Source of the DNA: Octopus sinensis
Taxonomy: Eukaryota
Reading direction: 5' to 3'
Assembly (NCBI RefSeq): GCF_006345805.1
Contig: NC_043002.1
Coordinates: 64,666,001-64,730,000 of the forward strand
Length of the DNA stretch: 64,000 nucleotides
Of the stretch, positions 13,088 through 24,949 are shown piece by piece (positions within the stretch are counted from its first letter, which is position 1; each line of letters begins with the position of its first letter). A model generated the notes under the pieces. The model was given only the letters and a program-made list of their open reading frames with translations, was not told the origin of the DNA and searched no databases. The position numbers and the translations under genes were made by a program.

Positions 13088-13222
13088 TCCCAACCACATG
13101 GTTCTGGGTTCAGTACTATTGCGTGACACTTTGGGCAAGTGTCTTCTGATATAGACTCGGACCGACCAAAGACTTGTGAGTATATCTGGTTGACGTAAAC
13201 CGTAAGAAGCCCGTCTTATATA
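13088..13222 (+). mobile_element. SINE family B, 5' half
   Basis: CCAACCACATGGTTCTGGGTTCAGT...TTGGGCAAGTGTCTTCT...AAGAAGCCCGTC, followed by (TA)n. Confidence 0.75.
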
Positions 13223-13417
13223 TGTATATATATAATTATAGTATATTCTGTTAAGAACATAGTAGAATACAGTATAAAGCTCGCTCGTCCACTTTCACAT
13301 CTTAACTGTACTTTCTAGTAGTAGTATTATATGTATTTCCAGGTTTGCGTTTAAGCATCTGTCGTGTGTGGATAGATAATTGAAAAAATTGTAGTAAACA
13401 ACAAGGGTACGGTTGTA

Positions 13418-14162
13418 CCGAAAGAGATCAAAGAGGAGTCCCGAAAGAGATCAAAAAAGGTGCCGAAGGAGATCAAAGAGGAGTCCCGAAAGAGATCAAA
13501 GAGGAGTCCCGAAAGAGACCAAAGAGGGTGCCGAAAGAGATCAAATAGGAGTCACGAAAGGGATCAAAGATGAGTCCCGAAAGAGATCAAAGTGGGTGCC
13601 AAAAGAGATCAAAGAGGAGTCCCGAAAGAGAGCAAAGAGGGTGGCGAAAGGGATCAAAGAGGTGCCCGAAAGAAACCATATAGGAGTCCCGAAAGAGATC
13701 AAAGAGTGTTCCGACAGAGATCAAAGATGAGTCCCGAAAGAGATCAAAGAGGAGTCCCGAAAGAGTGGAAAGAGGAGTCCCGAAAGAGATCAAAGAGGTG
13801 TCCCGAAAGAGATCAAAGTGGGTGCCGAAAGAGATCAAAGAGGAGTGCCGAAAGAGATCAAAGAGTGTGCCGACAGAGATCAAAGATGAGTCCCGAAAGA
13901 GATCAAAGAGGAGTCCCGAAAGATAGGAAAGAGGAGTCCCGAAAGAGATCAAAGAGGAGTCCCGAAAGAGATCAAAATGGGTGCCGAAAGAGATCAAAGA
14001 GGAATCCCGAAAGAGATCAAAAAGGAGTCTCGAAAGAGATCAAAGAGGAGTCCCGAAAGAGATCAAAGAGGAGTCCCGAAAGAGACCAAAGAGGAGTCAC
14101 GAAAGGGATCAAAGAGGAGTCCCGAAAGAGATCAAAGAGGAGTCCCGAAAGAGATCAAAGAG
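13418..14162. repeat. 22-23 bp purine-rich minisatellite (~32-33 units)
   Basis: Consensus CCGAAAGAGATCAAAGAGGAGTC; units are contiguous with no spacers. Confidence 0.95.
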
Positions 14163-15261
14163 TGGACATTTATGTTTTAATCAATACAATTGTTTGCACG
14201 CAACGTTGTTCTCCAGATGTGCAGGTACCTGATTAAGAAACTATTTCCCTGCATTATGAGATCTAGTTGTGTTTCTTCATGCGATATATAAATATTGTCT
14301 CTGTAAATTTAAAATCCTCGGCTTCAAGAACATTCTAACTCTCTGTCGTAGCCTTAATTTAGTAGTACTCACAAAGCCTATCAGGGTATGTTGTTGGTGA
14401 AGGGCCGTTGGCAAACTGCTTTGAATGCGTAAATGTAGTGGGATGGTGATTCTCGTATCCTTAAAGTGGTTGCCGTTTTAAAGAGATTGGTATTTTATTT
14501 CTTTGTACTGTTGATTTGCTCTTCATGGTTGGTTACACATATGATTCTCATTAGCTGGCCTTTAAGATTCAACACTCAGACACATACGCGCATATATGCG
14601 CGCGTGCACGCAGACATACACACATATACATATATAAAATCTACACACACATATACATACGGATATATACACACGCTCACACATACGGATATGTACGCGC
14701 ACTCACGTACATATATATAAGCACACCTACACTCGCTCGCATATACATACACATATGCTCGCTTGTGCATACACACACTTTCACACATATATACATATCT
14801 ACTTACACACACACACGCACAACCACTCACACCATACATATAAATATATATATACACTCACAAATTAAAAAAAGAGTAGCTTATTAGCAATTAAATAAAG
14901 GCGATTTTATAGAGGTCAAAAAAGTGACAGATGGTACTGACTAGCACAGTTTTTGTTAAAATAACTCAAAGCCACAAGAGCACTGAAATTAATGACTGAT
15001 AAAGAGAGGTAAGTCCCCAGCGTGCATAGCCGGATAGCAATTTCGGATGTTGATGCAGGACATCTTAATCTTCATCAGCGACTCTTAAAGCCTAGAGTTA
15101 AACACGACTGCCTCTATCAGTCTTACAAGAAAAACCGTTGAAAACGTGCTGATTTTCAAAACGGTAAAAGTGTAAACAATAAATGAAAAAGTGGGGCTTA
15201 TTAGCAATTAAAGCATACAGGCAAAATGAATAGAAGTCACAAAAGTGACTATATATATATA

Positions 15262-15411
15262 TTCTCCCTTTGCTTTTTCTGTGTCCCTTTCTGTAGAAGA
15301 GCGTAGGCTCGAAACGTAAAATACTTTTTCTATTCCTGAGCATTATCCTAATACATTGTTTGTTTTCTACACCACTTGTCTTCGTCTTTTGTTTTTTTCG
15401 TAAACTCTCCC
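15262..15411 (+). ncRNA. Hammerhead-like repeat, family H2
   Basis: 15287-15322: CTTT-CTGTAGA-A-GAGC-GTAG-GCTC-GAAA-CG-TA-AAAT. Element ends in (TA)n. Confidence 0.55.
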
Positions 15412-15435
15412 TATTATATATATATATATATATAT

Positions 15436-15612
15436 AGTTAATCCAAACAAGAAAACACAGAAAAAACACAGCAACGCGAGGACGTGGAACAATTAAAGTA
15501 TTATTTGACGCTCAGGAAAGAAAGGAAGGACGGTTTAACGTTTCGAGCGGAGATCTTCGTCGGAAACAAGGAGAAGGAAAGATCCCGAGAAAGGAAGACA
15601 GAGGAAAAAAAT
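15436..15612 (-). ncRNA. Hammerhead-like repeat, family H3
   Basis: Reverse complement of 15533-15567: GTTT-CCGACGA-A-GATC-TCC-GCTC-GAAA-CG-TT-AAAC. Ends in (TA)n. Confidence 0.5.
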
Positions 15613-15644
15613 ATCTTTGCTGGTGGTGCTCAAGAGATCACATA

Positions 15645-15690
<46 letters not shown>

Positions 15691-15691
15691 T

Positions 15692-15781
<90 letters not shown>

Positions 15782-15784
15782 TAA

Positions 15785-15829
<45 letters not shown>

Positions 15830-15853
15830 ATATATATTATATTATATATATAT

Positions 15854-16218
15854 GGAGGCACAATGGCCCAGTGGTTAGGGCAGCAGACTCTCGGTCATAG
15901 GATCGCGGTTTCGATTCCCAGACCGGGTGTTGTGAGTGTTTATTGAGCGAAAACACCTAAGCTATACGATGCTCCTGCAGGGGATGGTGGTGATCCCTTC
16001 TGTACTCTTTCTCACTCTCTTACTTCCTGTTTCTGTTGTACCTGTATTTCAAAGGGCCGGCTTGTCACTCTCTGTGTCACGCTGAATATCTCCGAGAACT
16101 ACGTTAAGCGTACACGTGTCTGTGGAGTGCTCAGCTACTTACACGTTAATTTCACGAGCAGGCTGTTTCGTTGATTCGGATCAACCTGAACCCTCGTCGT
16201 CGTAACCGACGAAGTGCT
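15854..16218 (+). mobile_element. tRNA-derived SINE (head 2 + tail Y)
   Basis: Head GGAGGCACAATGGCCCAGTGGTTAGGG...GTTTCGATTCC. The 3' part GTACCTGTATTTCAAAGGGCC...CGTAACCGACG is shared with 57381-57667. Confidence 0.8.
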
Positions 16219-16341
16219 TCCTTTCTTATATATATATTATATATATATATATATATATAGTTATATACATATAGATATGGTACATATATAAACAAGGCAT
16301 GAGAAAGTGCATGTTTGACCGCTAAATCCACAAGTTTTTAA

Positions 16342-16492
16342 TTTTCTGTGTTTATGTCCTCGTGTTCCTTTCTGTTGAAGAGCATAGGGCCAAAACGTAA
16401 AAGACTTTCTCACCTTCTCGAGCGTTAAATTAATACACCTGCTTGTTGTTTATACACCTGTCTTCGTCTTTTGCTTTTCTGTTAATTTCAAC
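16342..16492 (+). ncRNA. Hammerhead-like repeat, family H2 (degenerate)
   Basis: CTTT-CTGTTGA-A-GAGC-ATAG-GGCC-AAAA-CG-TA-AAAG starting at 16368; ends in (TA)n. Confidence 0.45.
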
Positions 16493-16689
16493 TATATATA
16501 TATATAATGCAAAACAACAGGCGCGACCTGACGAGGAACCAACAAACGTTACAACAGTCAAACAGTAATAATAATAACAACAAACCTTTTTAATTTATAC
16601 CTATTTATGTGAAACCACTTATTCAAGTTCAAGTCATTGATGCAATTTTATACGAATTGCTATACACACACACACACACACACACACAT

Positions 16690-17090
16690 AATAAGGCTGT
16701 AATATTGAATATTAATTTGATTAATATGAATTGAAAACCAGTGTTGTAGCATATTAGACCATAGTGGATCTTCTTCTAGCAAAATGGATAACCATTGTTA
16801 ATGGTTCATCCCTGTTATATAATACTTTCACTTTAATAGTGAAAGTGTCTGCATTACAAAAGAGAGATGTTTTTGTTTCACTTTTAACACGTAATACTGA
16901 AATAGTGGAGAAGATATGATATCGCTGTGGAGTCGCCCTTGGGAAAAAGTTAAGGTTTTTAGCCGATGACACTCCCCAGACCTTAAGTAAGGCATGTGTA
17001 AAATTTGAATGAAATTGGTTGTGTAGTTCTCAAGTTTTAGGGAAACACACAGACAGACAGACAGACACACATTCTCAGTTTTATTATATA
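16690..17090 (+). mobile_element. Probable non-autonomous Helitron-like element
   Basis: The 3' region AAAATTTGAATGAAATTGG...(ACAG)n-ACACATTCTCAGTTTTATTATATA resembles ends of small Helitron derivatives. Confidence 0.4.
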
Positions 17091-17096
17091 TATATA

Positions 17097-17139
<43 letters not shown>

Positions 17140-17285
17140 GAACACACACATATTAATGCATATATATAAGTGTGTATATGTGTGTATCTCTATGTATCTA
17201 AGTAACTATATAGACATATGTATATCAGAATTTGTGAGAGACCATAATTATATATGTATAAATATATATCTAAATATCTATTTAT

Positions 17286-17338
<53 letters not shown>

Positions 17339-17805
17339 AGATATATAATGAAATCTGTTGACATTTATGCATCAAAGTATATATTTAAGATAAGACATTT
17401 TATACATTAATATTAAAGAAAATGCTACGATAAGAACAGTAATAATAACATATTTGATCAAACTACATAATTATTTCAGATATACGAGTATTCCAAAAGA
17501 TATAAAATACCATTCTCAACATAAATACCCCACGGGAATGTGTTAATTGTTCTAATCTAATTACAACAACATATCCAATACACCAATGCAGTAAGTATTT
17601 TTGAAGGAGGGCGAGGTTACTGTTTATTGAAAATCAATACTCACCAGTATGCATATACAAACACAAAAGCTAAATATATATGTATCAATGTACATGTATA
17701 TGCCTATGTGTATATACGAAAATATGTAAATATATACATATACATACATATATACATATACATATGTAAATATATACATATACATACATATATACCTATA
17801 TATAA

Positions 17806-17858
<53 letters not shown>

Positions 17859-18073
17859 ACATATATATATGTATATAGTTATATGTAATATATATATATA
17901 TACATACATGTATACATGCAGGTATGTATATATGTGTAAGTACGGATAGATCTACCGGCTTATCTAACTATATCTCGCGCTTTCTCGCTCATTTTCCTTC
18001 GTTCTCGTTCCCTCGTCTTTATATTTATATGTGATTGTGCATTCATATACGTATATATATGTAATATAATATG

Positions 18074-18118
<45 letters not shown>

Positions 18119-18138
18119 ATTTATATGTATGTATATAT

Positions 18139-18182
<44 letters not shown>

Positions 18183-18977
18183 AATATAACTATATAACAT
18201 CCTATATATATAATATAATATATATATCTATCTATATATATATTATATATATATATATGTATGTATGTATGCATGTATATAGTTCTATATGCCATATACT
18301 CTCTTGTGAAGCCTGTGTTTCTGACTTTTAATTTGAAAACTGAAATTTCTTTATAGATAAAACAAAACCGTTTAAATCCTCGAATACAGGAATAATATTA
18401 AATTGCCGTTCTGGTTCGTATGGTATTGTACTTATTGTTATTCTAATAGATCAAAGCCAATATTAAATTCATTGTAGGTGTTAGTATGGCATTCTAAAAA
18501 TGTATAGCCATGTTACATTTCTATAATGAATAATATATATATTGAAGTTTCCTTCTCTCTGATCATGTTAATATGTTTAATTGCAGATACTTGCATCTAT
18601 ATGTGTGTGTGTGTCAGAAAGTGTGAGTGTATATCTGTGTTTATCTTTTACGTTTTATCGTGTATCTTTTACATGATTCAATCTTTGGACTACAGCCAGC
18701 CTTGTGTACCAAACTGAAATGTTTCATTCGAAATATAGTAACCTAGTGTTATTTTTTTTGTACTCTGATAATTAATCTGTGATAGAATATAAACACAAAG
18801 GCACACACATATATATACATACATGAATATATACGTACATACATATATACATATATACATACATGCATGCATGCTTGCATGAATGCTTGCCTACATACGT
18901 ATACACGAATATTCATGTAAAGACATGCATAAAACAGAAAGTACAAATCTGCAAATATACATTTCGTATATGATGTA

Positions 18978-19017
<40 letters not shown>

Positions 19018-19155
19018 TGTGTGTGCGTGTGTTCGCTTCCCACGCGCAAACGACTGCGCGAAATTTTTCCTTACTTGGGATGCGTAAATAATTTGACCTC
19101 GGATACGTAATAGGTTCTTCAATTTTTTTAATTAAAAATTAGATAATTTTTCTTT

Positions 19156-19195
<40 letters not shown>

Positions 19196-19762
19196 CACCT
19201 CTTTAAAAAGGTTTCCCAATATCAAATTCCGGTATCCACGTAGCAACGGCGAAATTTTTCGTTTTCATTTGAGAACCCTCTCACTGTGTATTTCAATGTT
19301 TTCCTTTGAAGTTTTTAATTCGGTATTTGCAAAGCAACTACGATAAATTACTGATAGAAATATTTACTAAGTTCGCATATTTCGCTTGAATTTGCTCACG
19401 TTGTAAATTTCCGTAAAATATTTTTACTTATTTACTTTTTGCTCGCGGTGTTCAGCTATATATATATCTATAATCAGTCACACATGCACATGTGTTTATT
19501 TGTATGTACGTTTCTATACGCTTATTGGTGGGGGGGGGGGGGTGAGAGAGAGAGAAGGGTTGTGTTGTCATGTATACGAACATAAATAAATACATAGGCA
19601 TACACTTGTTTTATATGAGTGTGCAGGAGAGAGAGAGAGAGTGCAATAGTTGTCTAACTGGCATTCTCTCACACACACTCACATACATACAAAACAGGTG
19701 TATGCATATGTATTTATGTATGTACGTATACATGACCACACACACCTTCACTCGCTCTCTTC

Positions 19763-19797
<35 letters not shown>

Positions 19798-20009
19798 TTA
19801 CATATCCATTTCATTTGATGTTTGATACTGTATATACGTGTGCATGCTCGCGTGCGTGCGGTGTTCGACAATCGCCATTTATTTCAATCACTCTTGTGCA
19901 GATACTCACGTAGCTCAGCTTTCATTTAACCCGCATTTTTAATTTTTAAAAAAAGCTTTCAAAGATGTCGATGATCAGTATTCTAAAGTGAAGCAAAGGC
20001 GAGTATAAG

Positions 20010-20640
20010 TAGTGAATGTGGACTTCTGCAACTTTGATAACTCTACTAAGTACGTTTGCAAATATAGAAACAAAGGTTTAGATACTGCAACATACACGCC
20101 TAGGCAGAATGGCAGTCAACAAATAGAAAAAGTTGACGAAGTTGCACAGTATGACAAAGGAAGATACAGCTGTACCAATGAGGCTAAATTTCTCGCAGAA
20201 TAACGTTGTGCATATAATAAAATTATTTCATCAGTCAGAGAAAAAACTGGGGGAAGTTTCTTACTTGATGCTCCTTGTAACAACATTGCTTCTCTCCAAG
20301 GTAAGGCAACAAAATAGAATTGCAGTTTCTGTTGCATCGTATGGCATTGCTGCCCCCATTCTCCCAGGAAGGATAACGGCTCATTCTGCTTTTAAATTAA
20401 CGCTAACCCTGGTCAGAAATGACAGCCTAATTTATAACTTAAGCAAAGGTTCAGGTTCAACTGAAGTATTGTGCCAATGACACCTGATCGTTTGTTATGA
20501 ATGTATCATGATACATAGAGGTGCAATGGAAGCTCTTGATAAGACCTTACAGGATATCAGAGACAAGAATAGATCTATGGGAAGAGTTACATTAGTTTCA
20601 TCACCAGACTTCAGACAGACATTACCAGTCATTCGGAGAC
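20010..20640 (+). pseudogene. Decayed Helitron RepHel (Rep tail + PIF1-like helicase)
   Basis: NVDFCNFDNSTKYVCKYRNKGLDTA and DEVAQYDKGRYSCTNEA match the post-Rep region. FLLDAP, RIAVSVASYGIAAPILPGRITAHSAFKL, EALDKTLQDIR and DFRQTLPVI match helicase motifs. Stops and frameshifts are present. Confidence 0.85.
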
Positions 20641-20806
20641 AAATTAGTATAATATAAGATATGCGCTGTGGGATCAATTCCAACCGGATGGCTGCGATAC
20701 GGGCTTCTTGACCACACGCACACACACAAACACATATATGTATGTGTATCGATATATGTGTGTGGATGTTTGTGTATGTGATTGTGTATATATATATATA
20801 TATATA

Positions 20807-21120
20807 AAGTTAATCCAAACAAGAAAACACAAAAGAAAAAACACAACAACGCGAGGACGTGGAACAAATATAGTATTATTGGACGCTCAGGAAAGAAGGG
20901 AAGAAGGAGGGTTTAACGTTTCGAGCGGAGCTCTTCATCGGAAAACAGAGGGGGAAAGATCCAGAGAATGGAAGAAAGAGGGAAAAAAAATCGCCAACGG
21001 TACACATGAGGTCACATTTTGAAAGACCGGAACGAGAAAGGGTGAAGAAAGATGTTTTCAAAGACAGAAAAGTTTTCAAAGACAGAAGAGTAGTATAGTC
21101 AAAGACAGCGGAAGGTAGGG
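20807..21120 (-). ncRNA. Hammerhead-like repeat, family H3 (longer copy)
   Basis: Reverse complement of 20911-20946: GTTTT-CCGATGA-A-GAGC-TCC-GCTC-GAAA-CG-TT-AAAC. Ends in (TA)n. Confidence 0.55.
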
Positions 21121-21451
21121 GGGGTGTAAGTGTGCGTGCGCGGAGGTCTACGTGTGCGTGTGTGTGTGTATGTGTGCAATGATGACCGTGTGTGTGTGTG
21201 TGTTTGTGTGTGCATGTGTGTGCTTGTAGCTGTAAACAACAGGCTAGTAGCTGGCTAGTTTGTAAGAATAAGGAGTGGTGTTTTTGTCCCTGCCACAGGT
21301 CAGTCATTGAAGTATGTGTATGTGTGTGTATGTATATGTGTCGTGTATGTGTGTGTGTGCGTGTGTATGTGTGTGTTCGCGTGTGTATGCGTAGAGTTTG
21401 GGTGTGTGACGAACAAACACACATAATATATATATATATATATATATATAT

Positions 21452-21605
21452 GGGAGAATTCACAAAAAACACAAAAGACGAAGACAGGTGGTGTAGACAA
21501 CAAACAGATTTATTAGTATAACGCTCGGGAAGTGAAAAAGTCTTTAACATTTCGAGCCTACGCTGTTCCACAGAAGGGTACACAGAAAGAAACAAGGAGA
21601 GAAAA
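21452..21605 (-). ncRNA. Hammerhead-like repeat, family H2
   Basis: Reverse complement of 21542-21577: CCTT-CTGTGGA-A-CAGC-GTAG-GCTC-GAAA-TG-TT-AAAG. Ends in (TA)n. Confidence 0.5.
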
Positions 21606-21954
21606 TAATGAGAGAAAATAATGAATATATATATATATGTGCGTGTGTGTGTGTATGTGTGTGTGTGTTTGTGTGTGTGTGTATTTATATTTATTTATAC
21701 ATTATTTTATATTCAATATATACATATATTTCTAAGCAAAATTCCTTATTTACGTGCGTATGTATTTATGGATGTTTGGTCGGATGGATGAATGTAAAAC
21801 ATCTTCCATCGGGGCATATATTTGTGGAGTATGGTCATGCTTCTCTGGCGAAGGAGTTCACATCTGTCATGTTTTTCTGGAAAACACGAAACTTGAATAA
21901 GCGAGAGTTTGGATAAACGGAATCCTGTAATATATATTGCAGGCATCCACTCAG

Positions 21955-22440
21955 GCGTAACCGTGTGAGAAGAGGCTTGTTTCCCAAACAGATTGTTCGG
22001 TGTTCAGTCGTAATCCATGGCATCTTGAGCAAGTGTTTCTAGTATAGCCTAGAGCCCACCAAAGCCATGTCAGTGGATTTGGTTGGCGGAAACTGAGAGA
22101 AGCACGTCGGGTATGTATATATATATATATATTATATATATATATATATTATATATATATATATGGGGGGGTGCATGTGTATGTTTTGTGTCTGTGTCTG
22201 TGACTGTGTCTTTGTGTGTGTGAGTGAGTGACTGTGTGTGTGTGCATATTTATGTTTATGTGTTTTTGTGTCTGTGTTTGTCCCACATCCACCACCACCA
22301 CCACCACTATTGCTTGACAACCGACGTAAAGTACCGGTTCTGCACAGGTGGTCGATAAAACAAATACTAGGTTTACAAAACAAAAGATCTGCAGTCGATT
22401 ACTGTGAATAAAAAAAACACTTTAAGGCGGTGCTCCATCA
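21955..22440 (+). mobile_element. SINE family B, decayed, with expanded internal (TA)/(TG) tract
   Basis: GAGTGGATTTGG-like and GGAAACTGA blocks before the tract; GCTTGACAACCGA and AAGGCGGTGCTCCA after it. Confidence 0.7.
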
Positions 22441-22784
22441 ATGTTTCTTTCACACTTTAATTAATTAGCACTGAAATTCACTTAATATCCAAACTATTCC
22501 TTATATTTCAATAATATAGTTTGCGTTAGAATATCAATAGGTGGAACGATGAATGAGAGTATGTGTATTTTTCAGTTCCTAGCATACATGCATGCGTGCA
22601 AACATGACCTTCATTTCTCAGGTGTCTATATATATGTTCACACCTATCCCCTTTCCCGTATTTGTGTATCTATTTTCCCGTCTACTTCGGCTTAAATTCT
22701 CCTAAGATCGTACATATGTCTGTATATATGTACAGATATGTGTTTGTGTATATACAAACACTTACGTACACACATCCACAATCA

Positions 22785-22825
<41 letters not shown>

Positions 22826-22826
22826 A

Positions 22827-22839
22827 GAGAGAGAGAGAG

Positions 22840-22875
<36 letters not shown>

Positions 22876-22935
22876 CTATAGATAGATAGATGATAGATAG
22901 AGATAGATAGATAGATAGATAGATAGATAGGCAGG

Positions 22936-23013
<78 letters not shown>

Positions 23014-23069
23014 TATAGGCAGGTAGATAGATAGATAGATGGATAGATAGATAGATAGATAGATAGATG

Positions 23070-23118
<49 letters not shown>

Positions 23119-23215
23119 GTATGTATGTATGTATGTATGTATGTAGTTAGGTAGGTAGGTAGGTAGGTACTTACGTACGTACGTACGTAGGTAGGCAGGT
23201 AGGTAGGTAGATCTA
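22827..23215. repeat. (AG)n-(GATA)n-(GTAT)n-(GTAG)n compound microsatellite
   Basis: Directly visible. Confidence 0.95.
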
Positions 23216-24247
23216 TAGATATTTATTTATGACTGTGTATTTATTAATGGATGCATAGGTATGCAGTCATATGTGAATGAATATTTATATTCGGTAATAA
23301 AGTGGTAGTTATTTATCAGTATCTACCTCCAGAATTCTCAACTTTCTGATAACGTTTGATCTGTTCCTTGATCTACAAATCACAAGACTCTGTACCATTA
23401 ATATCTGTGGAATGAATCAAACAAACGCAAACTTACCCTATCTCTCAGTAGCATTCACCGACATAAAATTACTACTAGATTAATCCCGAATATCTGTGTT
23501 GGATCTGATTATACAACTGCGAGAATGCTTGATTGCATAAGGGAAATGTTTACATCAGAACGATGGCAGTCATAATGTTCTTTTCAGTTTCATTGACATC
23601 ATCTCGCTCATTGTACACAATGAATAGACAATACTATTCAAGTAGATTTCCTCGCCAAGCCCCTCTTAGATTTCATGTTATCAAAATACCAGAACTTGAA
23701 AACTACTCATGTTATGTATGGAACCATATAATTCATTTCACATGATGCTTAGATTCTAAAGTATCGTATTGTTAGAGGTTTATTTTGTATTTTATCCTTT
23801 ATGCTTTACATGTGTCAGTTATGTAAATGTGGCCATGCTGGAGGACCGCCTTCACTGGTTGCTCGAACAAATCAACCCCAGTCATAATCTCTATGTCAAG
23901 TCTGGTACCTATTCTACTGGTCAATTTCGTCAAAATACTAATGTTATGGGACGTAAACAAACCAACACCGGTTCTCATGTAGATAAACGGTACGACAAAC
24001 AATCATACGTGTATCTATCTATCTACCTATCTATATATATATCTCTAAATGTGTCTGTCTGTACATATGTATATATGGATGTGTGTGCATATATATATGA
24101 TTGAAATTGCATTAATCAAATCGCACATTAATATGTCTACCCGCTTAAATAAAGTTGAAGCTCTCTTTGGACCACCAAAATAAAAAAATATCAGGTTCAA
24201 CAGTATACTGGCAAATACTAAACTGCATTCTCTTCTGAATATCTTTG

Positions 24248-24282
<35 letters not shown>

Positions 24283-24743
24283 ATATATATATATATTATA
24301 ATATTAGATATATATATATAATATATATATGATGTTTGTATTCATATTATTACGGAATTATCCTTCCGATAAACAATAATTATGCAACATTCCTATTGGT
24401 TCTTGACCACAATATTTATTTTTTATACCAATAAATTTAAAGAAATGGAAGTGTTATTGTATATTAATAATATAATTATCATTTATCTTTTTCACACGTT
24501 TTATTACAGTTCTGAATAAAGCAAGACCTCTGATAGTTAATTATATACACATATATATTATTGCTGTATGTTATAATAGCGAAGTGTTCTCTAAACATAA
24601 ACGAGATTGTATTAATATTGTTTGAAACATATAGAAATATATTTCGATAGATGTAGATTACACATAATTGTTTTGTACTTTAAAACATTTTGTTGTTTTT
24701 TTCATTCTAATTGTTATGTAATTGAATAGTTAACGCTCACGCT

Positions 24744-24949
24744 TGTAGTGACGTCATATTCCAGTGTGCGCACACGCAACGTCATTCTTCAGTGTGCGTG
24801 TGCGGAACGTCCTTCTTCAGTGTGCGTGTGCTGCGTTGGAACCTTCTGGAACCTTCTGGAAAGGCATAAGGAAGTTCCCTCATGCACATGCGCTAGAGAC
24901 TGAAGAATAAATTCTATAGCGTTCCTTAATAGCGTTGAATTTCATAATA
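24744..24949 (+). other. Short LTR-like module with three 28-bp repeats and AATAAA
   Basis: Starts TGTAG. 28-bp units at 24751, 24779 and 24807. AATAAA at 24906-24911. Ends CATAATA rather than ...CA, and no TSD was found, so the LTR call is tentative. Confidence 0.4.
24838..24862. promoter_or_regulatory. Perfect 5-pentamer heat-shock element motif
   Basis: gGAAc-cTTCt-gGAAc-cTTCt-gGAAa fits alternating nGAAn/nTTCn exactly; function untested. Confidence 0.55.

Noticed and set aside
13418-14162. CRISPR array or RS-rich protein (214-aa ORF 13592..14236)
   Set aside because: Units are contiguous with no unique spacers, the context is eukaryotic with no cas genes, and the 23-bp period is not a multiple of 3. 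The ORFs result from low T content.
16520-16560. Hammerhead at CTGACGAGG
   Set aside because: No GAAA at the required position and no stem I complement.
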